Source: Coriobacteriales bacterium (GTDB taxonomy: Bacteria; Actinomycetota; Coriobacteriia; Coriobacteriales; CADBOM01). From it: 64,000 nucleotides of DNA. Under the pieces are notes generated by a model. That model searched no databases and had not been told where the DNA came from. It saw nothing but the letters and a program-made list of their open reading frames with translations. This document shows positions 17,685-26,889 of this stretch, piece after piece. The translations under genes were made by a program, and so were the position numbers. The first letter of the stretch is position 1. Each line of letters opens with the position of its first letter. The DNA lies in assembly GCA_050946275.1 (NCBI GenBank), contig JBMNUM010000001.1, forward strand, positions 92,690 through 156,689, given 5' to 3'.

Positions 17685-18692
17685 TTACCTGCGTGGGCGG
17701 AGGCGGGCTCGGGGATGGCACGTGAGGTACTCGTCGCGCACGTGTGCGCGGTCGACGTGCGTGTAGATCTGCGTGGTGGAGATGTCGCTGTGGCCGAGTA
17801 TCTCCTGGATCGAGCGCAGGTCGGCACCGCCCTCGAGCATGTGCGTCGCGAAGGAGTGGCGCAGCGTGTGGGGGTGCAGGTCCTCGAGCCCGACGCTCTC
17901 CCCGGCTGCGCGCACGATGTTGAAGACGGCCTGCCGTGTGATGCGCCTGCCGCGGGCGTTGAGGAACACGGCGTTCGCATCGGCCGGACCCGTCACGCCC
18001 TTGGGGTGCAACAGCAGCCTGCCGCGCTCGAGGTAGGTGGTGAGAGCGGAGAGCGCCGTTCCGCCGATGGGGACCACGCGCTCCTTCGACCCCTTTCCGA
18101 ACACCTGGATGAACTCCTCGTCGAGGAAGAGGCGCTGCATGTCGAGTCCGACGAGCTCCGACACGCGGATGCCGCAACCGTACAGCAGCTCGAGGATCGC
18201 CTTGTCGCGCATGCCGCGCGGGTCGTCGGGGAACGACTGGTCGAGCAGCGACGAGATCTCGGCGATGCTGATGGTGCGGGGGAGGCGTTGGGGCTTGCGG
18301 GGGAGGGGAACTGTCGACGACGGGTCGGTCGGGGCGAAGCGCTCCGCGACGCAGAACCGGTGGAACCGCTTGATCGCCGACAGCGCGCGTTCGAGCGAGG
18401 TCGGCGCATAGCCGCAGTCGCTCAGGGCCGCGAGGTATGCCGTGACGTGCTTGCGCGTCGCGTCGCGGACGTCGTGGACGCCGGAGCTGTCGAGGTACGC
18501 GCAGTAGCGGCGAACGTCGCGCAGGTAGCCGTCGAGCGTGTTGCCCGAGGCGCCGCGTTCCAGCGAAAGGTACGCGGAGAACTCCCCGAAGGGCTCCTCG
18601 AACCCGAAGGGCAGGTCGTCGGAGAAGTACGCCTCGTCGCCCTTGGCGGTGTTTCCACGCGCATGCGCGCTATGTGCGTCATCGGCTTTCAT
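17685..18692 (-). CDS. xerD: Site-specific tyrosine recombinase, XerC/XerD family.
   Basis: N-terminal SAM-like domain ([27 protein letters not shown]). Catalytic C-terminus has [39 protein letters not shown]. The start is uncertain: ATG 18692, ATG 18710, or the ORF-track start 18809. Confidence 0.8.
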   Translation of the reverse strand: MKADDAHSAHARGNTAKGDEAYFSDDLPFGFEEPFGEFSAYLSLERGASGNTLDGYLRDVRRYCAYLDSSGVHDVRDATRKHVTAYLAALSDCGYAPTSLERALSAIKRFHRFCVAERFAPTDPSSTVPLPRKPQRLPRTISIAEISSLLDQSFPDDPRGMRDKAILELLYGCGIRVSELVGLDMQRLFLDEEFIQVFGKGSKERVVPIGGTALSALTTYLERGRLLLHPKGVTGPADANAVFLNARGRRITRQAVFNIVRAAGESVGLEDLHPHTLRHSFATHMLEGGADLRSIQEILGHSDISTTQIYTHVDRAHVRDEYLTCHPRARLRPRR

Positions 18693-18969
18693 GCCGCAGC
18701 TGTCTCCCATCGAGTCCGCCCGCGCCAACGTTGGCCGCGGGTTCCGTGTTCGCGCCCGCCGGGCCACTGGCTGTCCGCGAACCCACGCGCCGTCTCCGAC
18801 CCGGTGCACTTGCGCCCGCGGCCCACTGGCTGCCCGCCGACCCGCGCGTCGTGCTCTTGCAACCGCCGATTTGCGACGGATATCAACTGCCTCGAGTATA
18901 GCCGAATGGGTTTCGCGAGAATCAAACGGCTATGCCATGGATGCAGGTGCGCCCATCGATATCCTGCTG

Positions 18970-19227
18970 CCCCAAAGTGCGGGGATGTCGAAAACCAGAC
19001 CCGCCTTGCAAGGAAAACTCCCTCCCGTGTCCCAAAATGCGGGGATGTCGAAAGCGCGACGTTCCGGATTGTTCGACATCCCCGCATTTTCGGGCAAGAT
19101 TTTTCGACAACCCCGCATTTTCGGACACGTGGGAGGGATCCGCTTTCGACAACCCCGCATTTTGGGACAGGCGGGCCGCGAAAACGTGCACGGGCGTCTT
19201 CTTTTTCGACATCCCCGCATTTAGGGG
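18970..19227. repeat. Family-A nested-palindrome element, copy 2 (forward-forward-reverse x4).
   Basis: By manual alignment, about 90% identical to the reverse complement of 49744-50010. Half-sites lie at about 18970, 19029 (forward) and 19070, 19101, 19144, 19203 (reverse). Confidence 0.85.
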
Positions 19228-19316
19228 CGCCCATGCCGTGGCCGTCGGCCGCGATGGACCCGGGTTCCCGGCGCCCGCCGGCTGCGCGCGGGCGAAGAAT
19301 CGCGTGTTCGGGCCCA

Positions 19317-19524
19317 GGTGGGGTTTGCTGACCGCCCTTGCGCCAACCGCAATCAGCAAACCCGCATTTGGAGCCGCCATGTGGGGTTTGCTGACCGCGC
19401 TAGCGGCAACGGCAATCAGCAAACCCGCATTTGGACCTCCGGTGTGGGGCTTGCTGACCGCTCTTGCGCTTCCGGCAATCAGCAAACCCGCATTCCGGGC
19501 AGCGGTGTGGGGTTTGCTGACCGC
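19317..19524. repeat. Family-B tandem hairpin repeat array, about 3.5 units of 62-63 bp, directly abutting family-A copy 2.
   Basis: GTGGGGTTTGCTGACCGC-N15-GCAATCAGCAAACCCGCATT-N13 is repeated. Read directly. Confidence 0.85.
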
Positions 19525-19640
19525 TCTTGCGGTCTGCGCTCTGGCGGGTCGAAGCGCGCCGCGTCCCTCCAACCCCTCTTCCCATATATTGTGTGCGAAC
19601 ATGCGTTCTCTACTATATGCGGAAATCAGCCCAAATGCGC

Positions 19641-19723
19641 CGGTCATCGAATGACCGCTGATGTCATAAAAAATCATAAAATGTCATAAAAAGTTTGATT
19701 TTGGGCATCCGGTGGCCTATTAT
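19641..19723 (+). promoter_or_regulatory. Candidate dcw (Pmra) promoter with 10-bp-phased direct repeats, a possible MraZ operator.
   Basis: (G/A)TCATAAAA(A/T) appears three times with an exact 10-bp period at 19663-19692. It is preceded by the palindrome CGGTCATCGAATGACCG at 19641-19657. -35 TTGATT (19695-19700), 17-bp spacer, -10 TATTAT (19718-19723). This lies about 50 nt upstream of the mraZ GTG. Confidence 0.5.
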
Positions 19724-19772
19724 TCTTACTGCGAGGTCGTCGAGACTGAACGGTAGAAGGGAGGGTCGAAGC

Positions 19773-20204
19773 GTGTCCGTATTTCTCTTTGGAGAATACA
19801 AACACAACCTAAACGCAGCTGGACGCGTTTCGATACCGCCTGCCTTCCGCGAGGCCATCGGCTCGACCGTCGTGCTGGTTCCGGGTCCCGACGGCCAGCT
19901 GAACGGTTTCACCCCGGAGGGTTTCCAGGAGTATCGCGAGACGCTGTTCGACAAGGACGGTGGCTTCGATAGGCGAAATCCCAATCATGCGAAGATCATG
20001 ACCAGCATGAGCAGGAGCGCCAAGATGGCCAGCTTCGACAAGGCCGGCCGTCTTCTCATCTCCGAGGAGCACCGTACGGCCGCGGATCTGGAGGGCGCGG
20101 TCTCGATCGTCGGCGACGGGGATCACTTCTCCATCTGGAACCCGGAGAAGCTCGATGCCTACACCGCGGATGCCGAGGCCAGCTTCTACCGCACCGACAT
20201 CTAG
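19773..20204 (+). CDS. mraZ: Transcriptional regulator MraZ.
   Basis: GTG start after AAGGGAGGG. VSVFLFGEYKHNLNAAGRVSIPPAFR matches the first MraZ SpoVT/AbrB-like repeat, and a second repeat includes AGRLLISEEHR. Confidence 0.9.
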   Translation: MSVFLFGEYKHNLNAAGRVSIPPAFREAIGSTVVLVPGPDGQLNGFTPEGFQEYRETLFDKDGGFDRRNPNHAKIMTSMSRSAKMASFDKAGRLLISEEHRTAADLEGAVSIVGDGDHFSIWNPEKLDAYTADAEASFYRTDI

Positions 20205-20222
20205 CCCACGGCGGTACTCGCG

Positions 20223-21182
20223 TTGAGGGATTTGAAAACCGAATACAGGCACATCCCGGTGATGGCGGACGAGTCCATCGAGAGCTTGAACCTGAAGCCA
20301 TCATCGATTTTCGTCGATTGCACGCTTGGTGGAGCGGGGCACTCGATGCTCGCGGCGAAGGCCATCGCCGCCGAGGGAACCTTGATCGGAATCGACGAGG
20401 ACCCGATGGCGATAGAGGCGGCCACCGCGCGGATCGAAGGCGAGTTTCCGGGCATGGACTTCCGTCCGATGCAGGGCGACTTCGCCGACCTCGACGCCAT
20501 CCTGTGCAGGGCGCAGGTACCCGGAATCGATGCGATCCTCTTCGATCTGGGACTGAGCTCGCCGCAAATCGATTTTCCCGAGAGGGGCTTTTCCTACAAG
20601 GAGAACGCTCCCCTTGACATGCGGAGGAATTCGGGCAAACACACCAAAACAGCCGCAGAGGTCATTGCAACCTTAAACGAAACAGACCTCGCCCGAATTT
20701 TCCGGGAGTACGGAGAGGAGAAGTGGGCCGCGCGCATAGCGTCGTTCATCGTCAGACGGCGCGAGGAACAGCCGATCGAGACCACGTTCGACCTGGTCGA
20801 CGTGATCCGGGCGGCCATCCCCGCATCTGCCCGTCGAGAGGGTGGGCATCCCGCGAAACGCGTGTTCCAGGCGCTTCGAATCGAGGTGAATGGGGAACTC
20901 GAGGGTTTGAGAAAAGGTCTTGATGCTGCAATCCGGTGGCTCCGTCCAGGAGGCCGGATCGTCGTCATCTCGTACCACTCGCTCGAGGACAGGATCGTCA
21001 AGGAGACCTTCGCGAGCATGGCGAAGGGCTGCACGTGCCCGCCGGATCTTCCGGTTTGCGTGTGCGGACACGAGCCGAGCGTGAAGATCGTGACGAGAAA
21101 GCCGGTTGTGCCAACGCAAGAAGAACGAGAAACGAACCCGAGGGCCAACAGCGCGAAGCTGAGGGTGGCCGAGAAACTGTAG
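20223..21182 (+). CDS. rsmH: 16S rRNA (cytosine1402-N4)-methyltransferase RsmH (MraW).
   Basis: HIPVM...VDCTLGGAGHS...DLGLSSPQID...ISYHSLEDRIVK motifs. TTG start assumed. Confidence 0.9.
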   Translation: MRDLKTEYRHIPVMADESIESLNLKPSSIFVDCTLGGAGHSMLAAKAIAAEGTLIGIDEDPMAIEAATARIEGEFPGMDFRPMQGDFADLDAILCRAQVPGIDAILFDLGLSSPQIDFPERGFSYKENAPLDMRRNSGKHTKTAAEVIATLNETDLARIFREYGEEKWAARIASFIVRRREEQPIETTFDLVDVIRAAIPASARREGGHPAKRVFQALRIEVNGELEGLRKGLDAAIRWLRPGGRIVVISYHSLEDRIVKETFASMAKGCTCPPDLPVCVCGHEPSVKIVTRKPVVPTQEERETNPRANSAKLRVAEKL

Positions 21183-21245
21183 CACTGAACGAAACACGAG
21201 ATGCGGCTTAAACGCAGCATCAAACGCAGCAAGGACGTGTAGGAA

Positions 21246-21740
21246 ATGGCAAGCACCGCGCGTGCATATGCACCAAGGCACCGCTACGAGGAGGTACCCG
21301 CCTCCCCGCAGTTCGAGGTGCACGCTGGGCAAGGCCGGAAGGCCGAGCATGCGCAGTACTCGCAGACGATGGCCATTTTCCGCATCGGGATGATCGTTCT
21401 GGCGCTGCTCGCGGCGATGGCCGTCGGCCGTCTGTGGCTCACGAACACCTCCATGGAGGTGCTCACGCAGACGAACTCCATCAACACGACCATCAAGGAG
21501 GCGCGCCTCACGGGCTCCGAGCTCGAGGTCCAGTACTCCGAGCTCACGAATCCCGCGAAGGTCAAGCTTTACGCGCAGTATCGCCTCGGCATGGGGCCCG
21601 CATACGGCGCGACGACATACGTCGACCTCACGCCGCAGTTCGCGAAGGAGGCGACGCCGCTCGTCGTGAACAGGGTGGTGGGAGCGCAGGCGCAGGTGGC
21701 CGCGCTGGAGCAGACACCGATGCAAGTGCAGTTGCAATGA
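21246..21740 (+). CDS. ftsL: FtsL-like cell division membrane protein.
   Basis: 164 aa. Single TM (IFRIGMIVLALLAAMAVGRLWL) followed by a coiled-coil-like stretch. Canonical position between rsmH and ftsI. Confidence 0.7.
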   Translation: MASTARAYAPRHRYEEVPASPQFEVHAGQGRKAEHAQYSQTMAIFRIGMIVLALLAAMAVGRLWLTNTSMEVLTQTNSINTTIKEARLTGSELEVQYSELTNPAKVKLYAQYRLGMGPAYGATTYVDLTPQFAKEATPLVVNRVVGAQAQVAALEQTPMQVQLQ

Positions 21741-21838
21741 TAGCCGCGCGCGTGCATGCATGCGCGCACGGATTGAAAACGGGGGAAGAAACGGACGCCG
21801 TCTCGCGATCATAGGAACGCAGGCGGCGATTCGATGCT

Positions 21839-23893
21839 ATGAGCAGATACGATGACCACAGGGGGCGGCAGAACGGCCGCGGCTCTCGCACGCGCGATGG
21901 CCGCGGTAACGGTCGTCTGCGCGCCGATCGCCCCGCCCGCAGCCCCTACGAGGCGGGCATGTTCTCAGAGGGCGATTCCTCGCGCACCTCGTGGCTGCTC
22001 ATCGCCTTCGTCTTCATCGCCGTCGCCCTCGTCATCCGCCTCTTCGTGCTGCAGGTCGTCTTCGCCGACGAGTACCGCGCCGAGGCGGAGACCCATCACA
22101 CCTCCGACGAGGTCGTGTACGCCAAGCGCGGCACGATCTACGACCGCAACGGCAAGATCCTCGCGATGACCGTCGATGCGAAGACCATCTACGCCAACCC
22201 CAAGGAGATCGTCGACGCATCGGCGACGGCCAGCCAGCTCGCGGAGATCCTCGGCGGCGAGCCCGCCGACTACATGGAGGCGCTCACGAAGGATACGACG
22301 TTCTCCTACGTGCTGCGCCAGGGCGAGGTGAAGCTCGCAGAGAACCTCCAAGCGCGCAAGAAGGAGCTCCAGGAGCAGATCGATGCGCTGCAGCTCCCCG
22401 AGGGCTCGTCGCCCCCGGCGAATCCGCTCGCCGGTATCTACTACCTCGACGACACGCGCCGCGAGTACCCGTACGGCGAGGTCGCCGGCCAGATCATCGG
22501 ATACGTGGGCAGGGACGGCAAGGGCCTCTCCGGCCTCGAGCTCCAATACGACAACATCCTGCGCGGCCGCGATGGACACCGCGTCGTCGAGCAGGGCAAG
22601 GGCGGACTGCAGATTCCCGGCGGCACGAAGCTCGACCAGGAGGCCGTGGATGGAACCGACATCACGGTTTCGATCGATATCGAGCTCCAGCAGTACGCGG
22701 AGCACGAGCTGCTGGCCCAGCAGGCCGAGTCGAATGCCGAGGGTGGCGAGATCACCATCCTCGACGGCGCCACGGGCGAGATCTACGCGTCCGCCTCTCT
22801 GCCGCTCTACGACCTGAACCACGTGGACGAGGCCGCCGAGGGCGCCTCGAACCTCAAGACCGTCTCGCACGTGTACGAGCCCGGCTCGGTCTTCAAGATC
22901 GTCACCGCCGCGGCTCTGCTCGAGGAGGGCGCGGTCGACCCCGACAAGAAGATCGAGGTTCCCAACTCGCTCGAGATCGGCGATCGCACCATCACCGACG
23001 CGCACGACCATGCGGTCATGCAGTGGAACCTGCGCGACATCATCCGCGAGTCCTCGAACATCGGCATCAGCATCCTCGAGGACGAGATCGACCGCGAGAC
23101 GTTCGCCTCCTACCTCGACAAGTTCGGCTTCGGGAAGAAGACCGGCGTCGACTATCCCGGCGAGAGCGAGGGAATCCTCACGGACGTGCGCCATTGGTAC
23201 GACGTGCTCGAGGCCAACGTCGCGTTCGGCCAGAGCATCAGCGTCACGTCCGTGCAGATGGCGGGCTTCTACGGCATGGTCGCCAACGACGGCATGTACA
23301 TCCAGCCGCACTTCCTGATCGACTACCCGCACACGAGCCAGGAGGTCACGTACGAGAGCACGCGCCTGCTGTCGCCCGAGACCTGCGCCACGCTCAAGGA
23401 GATGATGATAGACGTCGTCGAGGAGGGCACGGGAACGCTCGCCCAGATCGACGGATTCGACGCGGCCGGCAAGACGGGCACGGCGCAGCAGGTCGTCGAC
23501 GGGCAGTACTCCGACGGCAAGTACACCATCACCTTCGACGGCATGCTGGCCAACACGAACAGCAAGCTCGTCTGCATCATCGCGATGAACAATCCCGGGA
23601 CGAGCGCGGCCATGCCGCTGTTCTCCTCGGTGATGGCGTTCGCCGCCGACCTGTACTCGATCATCCCGTACGCCCCGCCGTCGGCCGACGCCGATACGGG
23701 GGACGCCGACGAGTCCGGCGAGTACGATGAGGGTGAGAGCTCGTCCGATGAGGATTCGTCCGACGAGAGCTCCTACGATGAGAATTACGACGCCTCGTAT
23801 GACGAAGGCCCGGGAGAATCCGAGGGAGATTCCCCGAACGCCGACGGCTCGTACGAGGGCAATGGCGGCGAGCAGAACGGCAAGGCCGCATAG
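21839..23893 (+). CDS. ftsI: Class B penicillin-binding protein / peptidoglycan D,D-transpeptidase FtsI.
   Basis: 684 aa. N-terminal TM, PBP dimerisation domain and transpeptidase motifs (SVFK, SSN, KTGTA). Arg/Gly-rich N-terminal extension and acidic Ser/Asp/Glu/Tyr C-terminal tail. Confidence 0.9.
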   Translation: MSRYDDHRGRQNGRGSRTRDGRGNGRLRADRPARSPYEAGMFSEGDSSRTSWLLIAFVFIAVALVIRLFVLQVVFADEYRAEAETHHTSDEVVYAKRGTIYDRNGKILAMTVDAKTIYANPKEIVDASATASQLAEILGGEPADYMEALTKDTTFSYVLRQGEVKLAENLQARKKELQEQIDALQLPEGSSPPANPLAGIYYLDDTRREYPYGEVAGQIIGYVGRDGKGLSGLELQYDNILRGRDGHRVVEQGKGGLQIPGGTKLDQEAVDGTDITVSIDIELQQYAEHELLAQQAESNAEGGEITILDGATGEIYASASLPLYDLNHVDEAAEGASNLKTVSHVYEPGSVFKIVTAAALLEEGAVDPDKKIEVPNSLEIGDRTITDAHDHAVMQWNLRDIIRESSNIGISILEDEIDRETFASYLDKFGFGKKTGVDYPGESEGILTDVRHWYDVLEANVAFGQSISVTSVQMAGFYGMVANDGMYIQPHFLIDYPHTSQEVTYESTRLLSPETCATLKEMMIDVVEEGTGTLAQIDGFDAAGKTGTAQQVVDGQYSDGKYTITFDGMLANTNSKLVCIIAMNNPGTSAAMPLFSSVMAFAADLYSIIPYAPPSADADTGDADESGEYDEGESSSDEDSSDESSYDENYDASYDEGPGESEGDSPNADGSYEGNGGEQNGKAA

Positions 23894-23945
23894 AACGGGC
23901 GGGAAACCGCTGGAGTAACGTGCGAGGGAAAGCTGGTGGACTGAA

Positions 23946-25478
23946 ATGACACAGGGCAAACGGATCACGGGCGTCGCCGAGATGCTCGCCGGCATGCAGT
24001 TCGAGGCAGTGGGGGCGCACGATGTCGAGGCGACGGGGTTGGCCTACCGGTCCGACCGGGTCGAGCCCGGCGGGGTGTTCTTCTGCATCCCGGGCCTGAA
24101 GCGCGACGGGCACGACTTCGCCGCCGACGCCGTCTCGCGCGGGTGCGCGGCGCTGGTCGTCCAGCGCAAGCTCCCGCTCGATGTGCCGCAGTTCGTGGTC
24201 GCGGACTCGCGCCGCGCGCTCGCGATCGCCGCATCGCGCTTCTACGGCATGCCCTCCGAGCAGCTCGACGTGGTGGGCATCACGGGCACGAACGGCAAGA
24301 CCACGACGACGTTCCTCGTGGACTGGGCCGCGCGCTCGCGCGGGCTCAAGACGGGCCTGATCGGCACCGTCGAGACGAGGATCGGCGATGAGGCCCTCCA
24401 CGCCGACCACACGACCCCCGAGTCGCTCGACCTGCAGGCGCTGTTCGCGCAGATGGGCGAGGCCGGCTGCCAGGAGGTGACCATGGAGGTCTCGAGCCAT
24501 GCGATCGACCTGAACCGCATCCTCGGGACGCGCTTCGCCGTCGCGGCGTTCTCGAACCTCACGCAGGACCATCTCGACTACCACGAGACCATGGAGAACT
24601 ACTTCGAGGCCAAGGCCGCGCTCTTCACGCCCGAGTACACGGGCAAGGCGGCCATCTGCATCGACGACCGCTACGGCGAGAAGCTCGCCGCCCGCGCCGC
24701 CGACCTCGGCCTCGACGTCGTCACGACGGGATTCGAGCCCGCGGCCGACATCCGCGTCCTCCTGGCCAAGTACCATGCGACGCACACGGCGCTGACCATC
24801 TCGGCGTTCGGCGAGACGTACTCGTTCGACTATCCGCTCATCGGGCGCTTCAACGTCGAGAACATCGCGCTCGCGCTCGGCATCTGCCACCAGCTCGGCT
24901 ACGACCTGGGCGAGGTGTGCCATGCCATGGAGCACGCGCCGCAGGCGCCCGGGCGCATGGAGCGCGTGTCGCTGCCGGGCAAGACCGCCCGCGAGACCTA
25001 CGATGCGACGGGCATCTCCGTGTTCGTCGACTACGCGCACACACCCGACTCGATCGAGAAGGCCATCGCGGCGCTCAAGCCCATCACGTCCGGCCGCCTC
25101 ATCACCGTGTTCGGCTGCGGCGGCGACCGCGACCGCACGAAGCGCCCGAAGATGGGAGCCGCGTCGTGCGCGTCCGACCTGATGGTCGTCACGAGCGACA
25201 ATCCGCGCACGGAGGACCCCGACACCATCATCGCCGACATCCTTCCCGGCATGCGCCAGGGCACGGGCCGCTACGAGGTCATCGCCGACCGCCGCGCGGC
25301 CATCTTCCGCGCCATCGAGATGGCGGAGCCCGGCGACGGCGTGCTGATCGCCGGCAAGGGCCACGAGGATTACCAGCTCGTGGGCGACAAGGTGCTCGAC
25401 TTCGACGACCGCATCGTCGCGCGCGAGGCCCTCGAGGCGCTCGTCGCCAAGGATGGGGGTGCCGCCGATGCAGATTAG
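23946..25478 (+). CDS. murE: UDP-N-acetylmuramoyl-L-alanyl-D-glutamate--2,6-diaminopimelate ligase.
   Basis: 510 aa. GITGTNGKTTT P-loop and the DNPR motif typical of meso-DAP-adding MurE. Confidence 0.9.
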   Translation: MTQGKRITGVAEMLAGMQFEAVGAHDVEATGLAYRSDRVEPGGVFFCIPGLKRDGHDFAADAVSRGCAALVVQRKLPLDVPQFVVADSRRALAIAASRFYGMPSEQLDVVGITGTNGKTTTTFLVDWAARSRGLKTGLIGTVETRIGDEALHADHTTPESLDLQALFAQMGEAGCQEVTMEVSSHAIDLNRILGTRFAVAAFSNLTQDHLDYHETMENYFEAKAALFTPEYTGKAAICIDDRYGEKLAARAADLGLDVVTTGFEPAADIRVLLAKYHATHTALTISAFGETYSFDYPLIGRFNVENIALALGICHQLGYDLGEVCHAMEHAPQAPGRMERVSLPGKTARETYDATGISVFVDYAHTPDSIEKAIAALKPITSGRLITVFGCGGDRDRTKRPKMGAASCASDLMVVTSDNPRTEDPDTIIADILPGMRQGTGRYEVIADRRAAIFRAIEMAEPGDGVLIAGKGHEDYQLVGDKVLDFDDRIVAREALEALVAKDGGAADAD

Positions 25479-26889
25479 CCTTGCGAAGATCATCGAGGTG
25501 CTGGGGGGCGCCACCGTCGTCGCCCCGTCTCAAGCCGAGCGCGTGGTGGAGCAGATCGTGTGGGACTCGCGCGCCGTCACGGACGGATGCGCGTTCCTGG
25601 CCATCAAGGGCGAGCGCGTCGACGGCAACTCGTTCATCGGCCAGGCGCTGAGCGCCGGCGCGGCGCTCGCAATCGCCTGCGACGAGCCGGGCGAGGCGGC
25701 CTGCGAGAAGGCGCGCCTTCTCGGTGCCGGCATCGTGCGCGTCGAGGATCCCTGTGATGCGCTCAGGGCGCTCGCGGGCTACGTGCGCTCCACGCTCACG
25801 GCCACCGTCGTCGGCATCAGCGGCTCGAGCGGCAAGACCACAACGAAGAACATGATCGCCCATGTGCTCTCCGCCGAGTTCGCCACGGTCGCCACGAAGG
25901 CCAACCAGAACAACGAGCTCGGCGTCCCCGCGACGGTGCTCAACGCGTCCGAGGCCACCGAGGCGCTCGTCGTCGAGATGGGCATGCGCGGTTTCGGCCA
26001 GCTCGAGTCGCTCTGCGAGTTCGTGCGTCCCGGCATCGGCGTGCTCACGAATATCGGGACGGCCCATGCCGAGCTGCTCGGATCGCAGGAGAACATCGCC
26101 CGCGCCAAAGCCGAGCTCATCGCCGCTCTGCCTGCGGGAGGCACCGCCGTCCTCAACGGGGATGACCCCTTCACGCCGTTCGTGCGCGAGGTCGCCGGCT
26201 GCGATGAGCGCGGCGTCGATGTGCTGCTGTACGGCACGGGCGAGGAGTGCTCGGTCCGCGCGACCGACATCGAGTTCTCGCGCATCGGGCGCCCGACGTT
26301 TTCCATCACGTTCCCCAACGGGCGCAGCACGCGCGTCGAGCTGCCCCTCATGGGGATGCACAACGTCCTGAACGCGCTCGCGGCGGCCGCCGTGGGCTAT
26401 GCCTGCGACATGCCCATCGAGCGAATCGCCAACGCCCTGCGCACCGTGGAGGGCCAGAGCATGAGGCAGGAGCTCGTCGAGGCGGGTGACGGCGTCATCG
26501 TCATCAACGACGCCTACAACGCGAACCCCGATTCGATGCGGGCCGCGCTCTCGCTGCTCTCCATGATGGATGCGGGTGCGGGCCGGAAGATCGCCGTGCT
26601 CGGCGACATGGGAGAGCTCGGAGCGGACGAGGTTGCCGACCACCGCGGGGTGGGGGAGGCGGCCGCGGCGTGCGGTCCCGACCTGCTCGTCACCATCGGC
26701 GAGCTCGGCGCCCACATCGCCGCCGGTGCCGTTGACGCCGGGATGCCCGCCGACCACGTCGTCGCATGCGCCGATGTGCCGCAAGCGGTGCGCGCAATCG
26801 AGGGAGCGCGCGTGCCAGACAGTATAATCTTGGTGAAGGCCTCGCGGTTCATGGAACTCGAGCGGGTCGTCGAGGAGTTGATCGGTTAA
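25468..26889 (+). CDS. murF: UDP-N-acetylmuramoyl-tripeptide--D-alanyl-D-alanine ligase.
   Basis: Start MQISLAKIIEVLGG at ATG 25468, overlapping the murE end. P-loop GISGSSGKTTTK. Confidence 0.9.
   Translation: MQISLAKIIEVLGGATVVAPSQAERVVEQIVWDSRAVTDGCAFLAIKGERVDGNSFIGQALSAGAALAIACDEPGEAACEKARLLGAGIVRVEDPCDALRALAGYVRSTLTATVVGISGSSGKTTTKNMIAHVLSAEFATVATKANQNNELGVPATVLNASEATEALVVEMGMRGFGQLESLCEFVRPGIGVLTNIGTAHAELLGSQENIARAKAELIAALPAGGTAVLNGDDPFTPFVREVAGCDERGVDVLLYGTGEECSVRATDIEFSRIGRPTFSITFPNGRSTRVELPLMGMHNVLNALAAAAVGYACDMPIERIANALRTVEGQSMRQELVEAGDGVIVINDAYNANPDSMRAALSLLSMMDAGAGRKIAVLGDMGELGADEVADHRGVGEAAAACGPDLLVTIGELGAHIAAGAVDAGMPADHVVACADVPQAVRAIEGARVPDSIILVKASRFMELERVVEELIG

Noticed and set aside
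18922-19689. Several 80-250-aa ORFs on both strands across the repeat composites, for example 18932-19654(+) and 18922-19677(-). Similar ORFs occur at 41-463, 48686-49147 and 49691-50253.
   Set aside because: Their 'proteins' are simply periodic translations of the DNA repeats (for example ...AISKPAFRPSRWGLLTA... repeated). No SD or start context is present. The same repeats occur in both orientations.
19660-19700. A dif-like XerCD site near the xerD gene (AAAATGTCATAAAA resembles the ATTATGT half of dif).
   Set aside because: No 6-8 bp central region flanked by imperfect inverted arms could be drawn. The sequence is a direct repeat with a 10-bp period, which fits MraZ boxes better.
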